The notes beneath the pieces were generated by a model. The model worked only from the letters and a program-made list of their open reading frames with translations, made no database searches and was not told where the DNA came from. Shown one piece after another: positions 1-7,763 of a stretch of DNA of 48,678 nucleotides. The stretch spans positions 1 through 48,678 of IMG/VR virus record IMGVR_UViG_3300020397_000572. The stretch is one strand, 5' to 3'. Position 1 is the stretch's first letter, and the number at the start of each line of letters is the position of its first letter. This stretch comes from a virus. Taxonomy: Duplodnaviria > Caudoviricetes. The position numbers and the translations under genes were made by a program.

Positions 1-61
1 AACGGACTTAAAATCCGTTATCGATATCGGTGTGTGGGTTCGAGTCCCTCCGCGGTCACCA
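1..61 (+). tRNA. tRNA-Leu(UAA), 5' part outside the window
   Basis: Anticodon arm ACGGA-CTTAAAA-TCCGT, long variable arm, T-loop GGTTCGAGTCC, ends ACCA. Confidence 0.85.
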
Positions 62-74
62 CCCTTTGAATAAT

Positions 75-151
75 CTGCCCGTAGCTCAGCTGGACAGAGC
101 AATGGCCTTCTAAGCCATGGGTCGAGGGTTCGAATCCTTCCGGGCAGGCCA
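75..151 (+). tRNA. tRNA-Arg(UCU)
   Basis: Acceptor CTGCCCG/CGGGCAG, anticodon arm ATGGC-CTTCTAA-GCCAT, TTCGAAT T-loop, encoded CCA. Confidence 0.95.
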
Positions 152-153
152 AA

Positions 154-247
154 GGTCCTATAGTTTAACGGTAAAACACCCGATTTATATTCGGCATAGT
201 CTCCAGATTAGAGAGCGATCCTGGTTCGAATCCAGGTGGGACCACCA
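154..247 (+). tRNA. Atypical tRNA with UAU anticodon (Ile-like) and 24-nt variable region
   Basis: Acceptor GGTCCTA/TGGGACC, A73, CCA; anticodon arm CCGA-TTTATAT-TCGG; T arm CCTGG-TTCGAAT-CCAGG; extra hairpin TCTC-CAGATTA-GAGA. Confidence 0.75.
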
Positions 248-280
248 ATTTTTTTCCATAAAATATAGACAAATTAGAGG

Positions 281-309
281 TTGACAAATCGAGTCGTTGG
301 CCTTATTAT
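281..309 (+). promoter_or_regulatory. Early sigma70-type promoter
   Basis: ggTTGACA-17 bp-TATTAT. Confidence 0.8.
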
Positions 310-343
310 AATAGTATAAATGAAACAAAAGAAAGAGGGCAAA

Positions 344-739
344 ATGACATTCGTAATTTATAGAACAGATACCACAGAAATAGTAAGTGAGAAAGACTAT
401 TCATATAGTGGTCAAATCCATAAAACAGAAGGCCATGCTAAGGCTTCTTTGACTAGAATCAAGAAGAAGTTCGCAGAAGGTCTTAAAAACAAAAGACCAT
501 ATGGAACTTTCAAATTTGAAGGTTTAGGCATTCATGAGAATGGCAAGACTGGTAGACAAGCCAGAGGTGAGTTGACTGGTGAAATGGTTGAGATGAAGAT
601 CATAGATCAGGAAACTTACAGAAACGAAATTGAAGCCCAAGAAGAAGTCACGAACATGATGACAGGCAAGAAGTTCAAACAGAGTGTGAATACTCCACAT
701 TTCATGTCACCAAGTTCAGAGACATATTGGAGTATGTAA
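344..739 (+). CDS. Hypothetical early protein
   Basis: ORF 320..739; start placed at the ATG after the AAAGAGGGCAAA RBS; C-terminal VNTPHFMSPSSETYWSM motif typical of a phage family. Confidence 0.8.
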   Translation: MTFVIYRTDTTEIVSEKDYSYSGQIHKTEGHAKASLTRIKKKFAEGLKNKRPYGTFKFEGLGIHENGKTGRQARGELTGEMVEMKIIDQETYRNEIEAQEEVTNMMTGKKFKQSVNTPHFMSPSSETYWSM

Positions 740-755
740 ATTGGTAGATCAGGGG

Positions 756-784
756 TTGACAAATGTCGCCCCTGGCTATAAAGT
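756..784 (+). promoter_or_regulatory. Early promoter embedded in an inverted repeat
   Basis: TTGACA-17-TAAAGT; CAGGGG...CCCCTG flanks the -35. Confidence 0.65.
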
Positions 785-824
785 AAAATTATAATATTAA
801 TAAGGCAAACAGAAAGAGGCTAAA

Positions 825-1334
825 ATGGCAACAAGGGCGAGAGTGGCACTTCAACTTAAAGAAGACAAAATCATAGGATCTTATCAGCATTGGGACGGAT
901 ACCCAAGCGGACTAGGATACAATCTCATTGACAATTGGTATAGAGCTGACAAGGTAGAAAAGGCTATCATGTTAGGTGATGCATCTAAATGGGGTCAGTT
1001 CATAGGTGAAAAAATTGGCTTTGATAACAGAGAAGCAGATTCATATGATTACCAGAATGTTTATTATGGCCGTGATAGAGGTGAGAAAGATTGTAATCAT
1101 AAAGTTTATACCAGCGAAGAAGCATATTTGAAGAACGGTTTCAACTCTGGAGAAGATTACATTTACCTGGGCAAGATGATTGGCCAGAAGGATTACTTAG
1201 GTAGAGAACAAGTGACTTGGTTCTATGCGAAGTATGATATGAAGAAGTTTGAGCCGTTAGAGACGGTAGCAATTATGGATCACATTGATGATCTAAAAAG
1301 GCATATGAAAGAGCAGTTGAAGGAGGTGGCATAG
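825..1334 (+). CDS. Conserved phage protein of the MATR...HWDGYP family, function unknown
   Basis: Motif YQHWDGYPSGLG; GAGGCT RBS. Confidence 0.85.
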   Translation: MATRARVALQLKEDKIIGSYQHWDGYPSGLGYNLIDNWYRADKVEKAIMLGDASKWGQFIGEKIGFDNREADSYDYQNVYYGRDRGEKDCNHKVYTSEEAYLKNGFNSGEDYIYLGKMIGQKDYLGREQVTWFYAKYDMKKFEPLETVAIMDHIDDLKRHMKEQLKEVA

Positions 1335-1762
1335 TGTCAGAACATTATGAAATTGATTCCTTAAAACACAAGGACGGAAATTTTGATGTGAAGGTTGGAT
1401 ACTTCTATGAAGATCTTCACCCAGCAGATTTATATGATAATTCACCTAACCCAGATAACGATGGCAAGCCATATTATGACACGGATGAAATGGCAAGAAG
1501 AATTGATTCGAACATGGATGCTTGGTTTGGCTTCTGGGCGAAATATTATTACAAAGGTCACGAAGTAGGTTATGCTAACCTAGGTGGGCTTTATTATGAG
1601 AACGATGATGCAGAAGGCGTTATTGTAAAAGAAGCCAAGACAGGAGATGATTGTTGGTATAAAGATGTTATTGACGAAGCAAAGGATCAAGCGATTAAGG
1701 AAGTCGGCGATCTGCATAGGCAGATGGAGTTAGACTTTGGTCCATTGAAGGAGGTTGCATGA
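1334..1762 (+). CDS. Hypothetical acidic protein
   Basis: GTG start after GGAGGTG; translationally coupled. Confidence 0.8.
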   Translation: MSEHYEIDSLKHKDGNFDVKVGYFYEDLHPADLYDNSPNPDNDGKPYYDTDEMARRIDSNMDAWFGFWAKYYYKGHEVGYANLGGLYYENDDAEGVIVKEAKTGDDCWYKDVIDEAKDQAIKEVGDLHRQMELDFGPLKEVA

Positions 1763-1920
1763 AAATCATAATTGGTCTGACTATGATGCTTTTAGGCGTG
1801 GGCATGATTTTTTATGATGGCATGAGCAGAGAAGTATGGGATATTGATGTAGGTCTTTGGACCTTCTTCGGAATATCAATTGGCTTCTTTGGTTATATGC
1901 TTTGGGATGATAAGTTTTAG
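1759..1920 (+). CDS. Small two-TM membrane protein (53 aa, not in ORF track)
   Basis: ATGA overlap, GGAGG RBS; MKIIIGLTMMLLGVGMIFY...WTFFGISIGFFGYMLW. Confidence 0.7.
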   Translation: MKIIIGLTMMLLGVGMIFYDGMSREVWDIDVGLWTFFGISIGFFGYMLWDDKF

Positions 1921-2036
1921 AGTTTCGATTCAGGCCAGTTGGAAATGGCTTGATGAGATGGTTTTCGTCCGATGCGGACGGTTTACCCCGATCTTAGATC
2001 AAATAAACCATAAAGCGGCGAAGTAGAAGTAGGAGA

Positions 2037-2180
2037 ATGGCATTGAACGAATTGATTCGACCAACAGATGATAGGGGAGATATTGCTAGAGCATTGAATA
2101 AATGGGCGACTTCGAAAACTCAAGATCCTACAAATATATTGGTGATCTTTGACATTGACGAATCAAGGCAAAGGTTATAA
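2037..2180 (+). CDS. Small hypothetical protein (47 aa, not in ORF track)
   Basis: AGGAG upstream; MALNELIRPTDDRGDIARALNKW... Confidence 0.4.
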   Translation: MALNELIRPTDDRGDIARALNKWATSKTQDPTNILVIFDIDESRQRL

Positions 2181-2209
2181 TATAAACTTATAATTAAAAG
2201 GAGGGCAAT

Positions 2210-2869
2210 ATGCCAAATTGGTGTAATAACAATATAACAATAGAAGGTCCCAAAGAGAAGATCAAAGCAATCTGGGACAAAGTTCAAGCAGACCCTGATA
2301 AAGGGTTTTTTCAACATCTTGTTCCGGCTCCAAAAGAACTAGACGGAACCACTTCCCCTACTCCAGAACCAGGTTGGGCTAATTACAAAGGTCCACAGCC
2401 AGTGGTAGACGGTTGTGATAATTGGTATGATTGGAGAGTGAAGTATTGGGGTACCAAGTGGGATATCTCAATTGATGATTCAGGCTTAGATTATTATGAA
2501 GAGGGTGACAAGAGTTATATCAAAGGTTGGTATGACACGGCTTGGGGACCTGCTTTAGAATGTTTCGATACATTCCTAAGAAAACATAACGACATCTATA
2601 TCACGAATCTTTATTACGAACCTGGTTGTGATTTCGCAGGCATTTATACTGACGGACATGACGATGGTATTAATCCAAGTGATTATAAAGCAGATGACTT
2701 CTTAGAAGCGGATAGAGACACCGTAGTAGGTCAATTGGACGAGTGCTTTAGCATTGGTGAAACAATGGCCGAATATGAAGAAGAACAAGAAACAGAAGCA
2801 GAACGAAAGGTAAGAGAACTTGTCGTTGAAAAGAAGGCTCAGAATATGCCGGAAAAGGAGATAGCATGA
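2210..2869 (+). CDS. YubB/Api92-like ferredoxin-fold protein (MPNWCxN family)
   Basis: MPNWCNN start; WYDWRVKYWGTKWD, DTAWGP and YYEPGCDFAG motifs. Confidence 0.75.
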   Translation: MPNWCNNNITIEGPKEKIKAIWDKVQADPDKGFFQHLVPAPKELDGTTSPTPEPGWANYKGPQPVVDGCDNWYDWRVKYWGTKWDISIDDSGLDYYEEGDKSYIKGWYDTAWGPALECFDTFLRKHNDIYITNLYYEPGCDFAGIYTDGHDDGINPSDYKADDFLEADRDTVVGQLDECFSIGETMAEYEEEQETEAERKVRELVVEKKAQNMPEKEIA

Positions 2870-3099
2870 GTAAGAAGTGGAAAATATGTGTTGACCTAGA
2901 TTCAGCTCAAGAAGATGCAGAGTTTTTAGAAGAGCAGACTATCGTGGCTGACACTGAAGAAGAAGCATTGAAAAAAGCTCAGGCTCTGATTAAAGAAGAA
3001 ATGATCAGTGGCCCATACTACAATCTTTCTGAATATGATGGAGAGGACGAAGTCGAAGAGGAATCAGAACCTTTCAGTGAGGAGGAATATGGAGTATAG
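2866..3099 (+). CDS. Small acidic hypothetical protein
   Basis: AGGAG RBS, ATGA overlap. Confidence 0.75.
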   Translation: MSKKWKICVDLDSAQEDAEFLEEQTIVADTEEEALKKAQALIKEEMISGPYYNLSEYDGEDEVEEESEPFSEEEYGV

Positions 3100-3643
3100 C
3101 AAGGTAGACCATAGGCTAGACGATAGGTCAGCAAGGTTTCATGCAAGAGTCATGAAGGCGGATCTAGCCACTCTTGATTATGTTTATAATTCTCCTAGCG
3201 GACACAGAGACATCAATGTGGCAAGAGCCACAAACCATGTGACCTGGGACTACGGCAAGGATATGTGGTGTATGGTTGATCATTTGATGATAAACTTTTA
3301 CATCAAGGCCAAGACAACGGATACCAGAGAACATCTTGAGGATAAGATCAATAGAGATGTGGTTGAGTTGATCAAAGGTCCTAGGTATTATGATTCAGCC
3401 AAGGTATATTGCATGATTGACATGGACTATCCAGAAGATGAATCAATATATGATTTAGTTAAAAAGCCGAAGAAGGATAGAAACCCGTGGTCAGTGGACG
3501 GCAAAGAAGGTGAGATCACTTATCATGTGACACTTCATATCCAAGAATGCAATAATTCTGACTTGGCTATATATGAAGACTATACCGGCGGTGGAAATTA
3601 CTTTGATTTGTCAGGTAATGATTTAGAAAGGAAAGTGGCATGA
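3089..3643 (+). CDS. Hypothetical protein
   Basis: ORF 3008..3643; start moved to MEYSK after GAGGAGG. Confidence 0.75.
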   Translation: MEYSKVDHRLDDRSARFHARVMKADLATLDYVYNSPSGHRDINVARATNHVTWDYGKDMWCMVDHLMINFYIKAKTTDTREHLEDKINRDVVELIKGPRYYDSAKVYCMIDMDYPEDESIYDLVKKPKKDRNPWSVDGKEGEITYHVTLHIQECNNSDLAIYEDYTGGGNYFDLSGNDLERKVA

Positions 3644-3981
3644 CAGAAGATCTAAAGAAGTTTGAAGACGATTCCATTGTGGGAGAAGATAGCAGAGGCT
3701 ATGGTTTGACCCACTATGTTTTATCAGAAAGATTGATGCAGGTTGAACACTCGACCATCAAAGAAGAAATGAACAAGGACGGACACTCCGATACCTTGAT
3801 CTATATGCTGGACGGTGGCTTCAGAGGCTTTCACAAGATGAGCCCGGGTGAGCTATGGTCAGAATGGAAAGATGGTGCAGAAGCCAAGTGGTTTGAAATG
3901 TATGATGATGAATCACTTCCATATAGCATTTACGAAGAAGATCCGTTGGAGCAAGAAGCAGAACAAGGCAGACAGGGCTAA
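3640..3981 (+). CDS. Hypothetical acidic protein
   Basis: ATGA overlap with previous gene. Confidence 0.75.
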   Translation: MTEDLKKFEDDSIVGEDSRGYGLTHYVLSERLMQVEHSTIKEEMNKDGHSDTLIYMLDGGFRGFHKMSPGELWSEWKDGAEAKWFEMYDDESLPYSIYEEDPLEQEAEQGRQG

Positions 3982-4074
3982 TGATTGTCGTTGAAATAAT
4001 CGCAGGCATGATGATAGCCAATCTTATTTTATCTATCGTGATGTAGAATAAATATCTATACAGGAGCGATAGAT

Positions 4075-4509
4075 ATGGCATTCAAGTTATCTCAGCATTG
4101 GAAGGACAAGATCAGAACACGAGCAATGATCAATCGTGGCATCAGTGATCAGGTCAAAGAGAATTACAGAGTAAAATGGGATCACCCAGATTGGGACAAG
4201 GGAGAAAAGGTTGAAGAAAAGACCTTTGCAGATCTCGATGAAGCCAAGAAGTATGGTGCATGGGTGGCTCGTAATTATGATCTCAGAAGAGAGGGCAAGG
4301 ACGAGAATTCAATTGATGTTAGAACAGGATACAATCCGGTGCCAGAGCCAAGTTCAGTGGTGCCCATAGCAATTGAGACTCCATTCGGACTATTGGAGCT
4401 CACGGAGATCGATGTGTTTGGAGAAGATGCAGGTTCATGGAGCCTTGTTGATGCATTGGTCAAGACAGGTGAACGAAACAAGGTAGAAGACGATTTCAGA
4501 TCAGGATAG
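4075..4509 (+). CDS. Hypothetical protein with late-type promoter
   Basis: TAAATA at ~4049, AGGAG RBS. Confidence 0.75.
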   Translation: MAFKLSQHWKDKIRTRAMINRGISDQVKENYRVKWDHPDWDKGEKVEEKTFADLDEAKKYGAWVARNYDLRREGKDENSIDVRTGYNPVPEPSSVVPIAIETPFGLLELTEIDVFGEDAGSWSLVDALVKTGERNKVEDDFRSG

Positions 4510-4715
4510 AGACAACGAGGCGAAAAAGCCATTTAGAGCCTACGGTCGGAAAGCCAAAATTTCAGACAGGGTAAGCCCTAGAGTGCGAAGCACGGACGGT
4601 CGCGATTTTTGTTCCGGAGTCTACGCCTCCTACACCAAAAGTCGCTCCGCTGATCCTAGAACCACCATACAAGCCACCTTCGATGCCTCCGACATTCCTA
4701 GGAGTTTCTTTTACT

Positions 4716-5069
4716 ATGACTGACGATAAAGGACCTATGGTCTACTCTGTGGACGACGAAACAAAGGAGATTCTAACAGAGTTCCTTAACCTTATAGAAG
4801 GCCTAGCAGACCTACAGATGACGGACGAAGCCACCGATGAACTACGACTCCTTAATCGTGATGTAGGAGCACGGTTCGGCATAGAATTCAGAGACATCGT
4901 GCTAGAGAGTGATGAAGATAGTGACGGCAATCCTAGGTTCACGGTTAAGAGTTATAGAGACAAAGTAGAGCTTGCCGATAAACGGCCTTCCTATTTGAAA
5001 CTTGTTTCTGATAATGATGTGAAAGGTGCGCCTGATGGGGCAAGTAATGATGACGACAGGGTTGACTAG
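4716..5069 (+). CDS. Hypothetical acidic protein
   Basis: ORF 4683..5069; start moved to MTDDK after AGGAG. Confidence 0.7.
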   Translation: MTDDKGPMVYSVDDETKEILTEFLNLIEGLADLQMTDEATDELRLLNRDVGARFGIEFRDIVLESDEDSDGNPRFTVKSYRDKVELADKRPSYLKLVSDNDVKGAPDGASNDDDRVD

Positions 5070-5239
5070 AGTGAACCTACGGTGCGTCTATTGGCTCCTA
5101 GTCGCTTAACCACTCCTATCACACGCCAGGAAATTTAGATTTCTGTCTACCATTCCAATAGTAGAGTAAGGCCACTTTCGTAGCCTTACACGGCTATGAA
5201 CACCTAAATAAGTGCGAGGCCCCGCTGTGGAGTTCTAGA

Positions 5240-5410
5240 ATGATGAAGCAAGATGACATAAGATACCGTTGGTACAAGAGTGATGACGCACGGTTTTGGA
5301 TTGTGGATGAAGTCTTAGGCCATAATCTAGGCTTCTGTCGCAGTGAGTCAGTGGCTGAACGATTGTGTGAGAAGCTGAACCTACTTGAAATGGAAATCGT
5401 TTGGAATTGA
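5240..5410 (+). CDS. Small hypothetical protein (56 aa, not in ORF track)
   Basis: TAAATA at ~5205, GGAG RBS; MMKQDDIRYRWYKSDDARFWIVDEVLGHNLGFC... Confidence 0.6.
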   Translation: MMKQDDIRYRWYKSDDARFWIVDEVLGHNLGFCRSESVAERLCEKLNLLEMEIVWN

Positions 5411-5585
5411 TGGCAGAGTATGGCAACTATGCCTGTCGTCACCGTTCTCCCATGTTTGAAAAACATTTTTGAAACCTATTGGAACCGTACAGAATTGGTT
5501 CAAAACCGTGATCCCATGGTGGCCTCGAGAGCTGGGGTCTGGGATGCCTCGGCCCCTACAAACCACATTTAAACGGTGGGGGTAT

Positions 5586-5614
5586 AGTATAGCATCTGGG
5601 CTCTATTGTGTCAA
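5586..5614 (-). promoter_or_regulatory. Minus-strand sigma70-type promoter with no credible downstream ORF
   Basis: ggTTGACA-17-TATACT. Confidence 0.75.
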
Positions 5615-5665
5615 CCAAAATTTGGCCGCTCCGCCGGCCCCTATTACTATGTGGTCTTTGACCTC

Positions 5666-5737
5666 TTCACTGAGTGCTTCACTGTATAATGTTCACTAGG
5701 CTAGATCACTGCCGTGCTTCACTACGAGTGTTTCACT
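5666..5737. repeat. Six (T/A)TCACT direct repeats, 12-14 bp period
   Basis: Copies at 5666, 5678, 5692, 5705, 5718, 5732. Confidence 0.85.
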
Positions 5738-5742
5738 GATGC

Positions 5743-5934
5743 TTATTTCTTCTTTGGATTGGTTGATGTGGATTCGCCCCAGATTCTTCTGAGATTCAAG
5801 ATGATCTCTTTGGTCTCATCAATGCTTCCCGGTTCTGGATTCTTCAGACCTAAGTCCTTGAAATCTTTGGCTTTTTTGGACCTCTTGAGATCATCCTTAA
5901 TGGATTTCTTAAAAGGTGGGTTCTTCAGTCTCAT
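5743..5934 (-). CDS. Lys-rich small protein (63 aa), probably leaderless
   Basis: TTGACT-17-TAAAAT (5970-5942), then 7 nt, then ATG; MRLKNPPFKKSIKDDLKRSKKAK... Confidence 0.65.
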   Translation of the reverse strand: MRLKNPPFKKSIKDDLKRSKKAKDFKDLGLKNPEPGSIDETKEIILNLRRIWGESTSTNPKKK

Positions 5935-6018
5935 AGTGTATATTTTAATCCTAGAAGTCAATAAAGTCAAGAGGTTATGTCGCCAAAATCCTGTTCTTCA
6001 GAGTCTCGTTTGGTATCA

Positions 6019-6066
6019 TCACTATATGTTGTGATCTATACCTGGGGCCGACACTAGATGTTGTGG
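6019..6066. promoter_or_regulatory. Tandem NrdR-box-like operators, 32 bp apart
   Basis: TCACTATATGTTGTGA and ACACTAGATGTTGTGG, each 13/16 to the consensus acaCwAtATaTwGtgt. Confidence 0.65.
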
Positions 6067-6188
6067 CCTGATGCTGAGGTCAGAGTTCGGCCCACCCTTT
6101 GAGTATCGAAGTGTCTGTGCCCTGGTTTGATCTAACCTTACTCTTTTTTTGGTGAGCGGGTCTGGTGTTTGCTCCGGCTTATACTATT

Positions 6189-6217
6189 ATAATATGATCA
6201 GAGGTGAGATTTGTCAA
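6189..6217 (-). promoter_or_regulatory. Minus-strand sigma70-type promoter reading into non-coding DNA
   Basis: ggTTGACA-17-TATTAT followed by AATAGTAT, as in the early promoters. Confidence 0.75.
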
Positions 6218-6248
6218 CCATTATCTGCATTTTGGCCCCATCTTTTTT

Positions 6249-6264
6249 TGACTATATGTTGTGG
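6249..6264. promoter_or_regulatory. Third NrdR-box-like site
   Basis: TGACTATATGTTGTGG, 12/16 to consensus. Confidence 0.5.
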
Positions 6265-6316
6265 TGGGAGGGGTGGTCAGACACAAGAGGAATTTCGCCC
6301 ATCGGGAGCGTAGTTT

Positions 6317-6345
6317 ATTATAACATATTTTGGTGAGGTTGTCAA
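6317..6345 (-). promoter_or_regulatory. Minus-strand consensus promoter reading into non-coding DNA
   Basis: ggTTGACA-17-TATAAT, with TG extension. Confidence 0.8.
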
Positions 6346-6379
6346 CCAAAAAAAGATTGAAAAAAAGATAAAAAAATGG

Positions 6380-6408
6380 TTGACCTTTTGGATAGATGGT
6401 GCTATTAT
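6380..6408 (+). promoter_or_regulatory. Early promoter, divergent from the 6345 promoter
   Basis: A-tract UP element, TTGACC-17-TATTAT. Confidence 0.75.
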
Positions 6409-6445
6409 CAAAGTATAATAAAAAACAACGCCAAAGGAGGGCTAC

Positions 6446-6799
6446 ATGGCAGATCGTAAAATCACACTTAATAAAACATTCACCGTTGACCTAGCTGGTG
6501 ACAGCATATGGGACAAGGAGAGAACCATCAACCCCAAGAGTGTTGAGGTCACAGGGATCACCCTAAGAGAGTCAGATTATGGTGATGGAGACGTCTACTG
6601 GGACGCAACGATCACACATGATGGTCCCTGGGAGATCTACACAGACACAGGGTTCACCAAAGGGATCATGGAATTGCTGGGTCCTGGTTGGGAGGGAGAC
6701 TTCTCAGAACAGGGAATGCAACAGGATGGTCTAGCCCATTTTGACATCCATTCTCACCCATATGAGATAAAAAATCCGCTAGAATTGGAGGCAAATTAG
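6446..6799 (+). CDS. Hypothetical protein (IYTDxGF...SEQGMQ family)
   Basis: GGAGGGCTAC RBS; WEIYTDTGF and FSEQGMQ motifs. Confidence 0.8.
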   Translation: MADRKITLNKTFTVDLAGDSIWDKERTINPKSVEVTGITLRESDYGDGDVYWDATITHDGPWEIYTDTGFTKGIMELLGPGWEGDFSEQGMQQDGLAHFDIHSHPYEIKNPLELEAN

Positions 6800-6802
6800 G
6801 GG

Positions 6803-6831
6803 TTGACAAATCCCTAATTTGGTGATATATT
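6803..6831 (+). promoter_or_regulatory. Early promoter inside an inverted repeat
   Basis: TTGACA-17-TATATT; AAATTAGGG...CCCTAATTT flanks the -35. Confidence 0.75.
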
Positions 6832-6852
6832 AATAGTATGAAAGAGGGCAAA

Positions 6853-7509
6853 ATGAAAAAAACACTATTCGCAACCGTCCTACTCGCAGGTATGGCAAGT
6901 TCAGGGGTGGCCGCAGACAAATTAAAATCATTCGATCACGCCGCGGAGTTGACTTCGCAGGCCAAGACCATATTATTTCAAGAATTAAACACCGCAGACG
7001 TTCCCAACACAGACCACCAGCAGATTGTATGCCTTGCTGAGAACATCTACTTTGAAGCCAGAGCAGAGAGCATGGAAGGCAAGGCCGCAGTCGCGAATGT
7101 CACAAGGAACAGGGTTGAGGACAAGAGATGGCCTGGTACCTACTGTGAAGTGGTACAACAGGGACCAGTGAGGGAGAGTTGGAAGACCAAACAACACGCC
7201 GACCTACCCGATGATCAGAGAGTTTATTATCCTAGGAAACACAGATGCCAGTTCAGTTGGTATTGTGATGGCAAGAAGGACATCATATGGGCCAACAAGG
7301 AGAAATCAGGTCTGACCATAGAAGGTAATGCAAGGGCCTGGAGAGAAGCAGTGAGAATCTCCATATATGTGCATGGCCATGGTGGATTCAGGGTCAACGA
7401 CAACACCAAGGGGGCTGTGTATTATTATGCCCACAATTTGGTATATCCTACATGGGCAGATCAGAAGGATTTAACCGTGATCATTGGAAATCACACTTTT
7501 ATGAAATAA
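6853..7509 (+). CDS. Cell wall hydrolase, SleB/Hydrolase_2 family
   Basis: Signal peptide; CLAENIYFEARAE, VANVTRNRV, CQFSWYCDG and IGNHTF motifs. Confidence 0.9.
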   Translation: MKKTLFATVLLAGMASSGVAADKLKSFDHAAELTSQAKTILFQELNTADVPNTDHQQIVCLAENIYFEARAESMEGKAAVANVTRNRVEDKRWPGTYCEVVQQGPVRESWKTKQHADLPDDQRVYYPRKHRCQFSWYCDGKKDIIWANKEKSGLTIEGNARAWREAVRISIYVHGHGGFRVNDNTKGAVYYYAHNLVYPTWADQKDLTVIIGNHTFMK

Positions 7510-7513
7510 ATGG

Positions 7514-7542
7514 TTGACAAACCGAATAATTGGATATATTAT
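7514..7542 (+). promoter_or_regulatory. Early promoter
   Basis: TTGACA-17-TATTAT. Confidence 0.8.
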
Positions 7543-7577
7543 AATAGTATAATGAAACAACAAACAAGAGAGGGCAA

Positions 7578-7763
7578 ATGAGCAAAACAGGACAATGGGT
7601 TTATTCAATGCAAGAGGACGCATGGGAGATGACCAGAGAAGAATTCATCGCAAAGCATGGTCAACACAATGTTGACATCTGGGATGATGAAAAGGCAAAG
7701 GCTGATGGCGAGCCCACAGCTGATGAGATCAATGAGATGTACATGGAATGGAGGAATGTATAA
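7578..7763 (+). CDS. Small hypothetical protein
   Basis: GAGAGGGCAA RBS. Confidence 0.75.
   Translation: MSKTGQWVYSMQEDAWEMTREEFIAKHGQHNVDIWDDEKAKADGEPTADEINEMYMEWRNV

Noticed and set aside
1920-2121. Possible type III hammerhead ribozyme (TGATGA ... GAAA, GAGTT/AACTC ends)
   Set aside because: Core is UUGAUGA rather than CUGAUGA, and stem I cannot form in register with the cleavage site
5070-5130. tRNA-like words on the minus strand (GAGTGGTTAAG, GTAGGTTCA)
   Set aside because: No acceptor stem, anticodon arm or CCA can be built
5444-5458. Alphaproteobacterial LexA box (GTTC-N7-GTTC)
   Set aside because: Second half-site is mismatched and out of register
5666-5737. Mini CRISPR array
   Set aside because: 6-bp units with 6-8-bp spacers are far too short, and no cas genes are present
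5714-6034. 106-aa plus-strand ORF
   Set aside because: Shadow of the minus-strand Lys-rich gene; no RBS; overlaps repeats and operators
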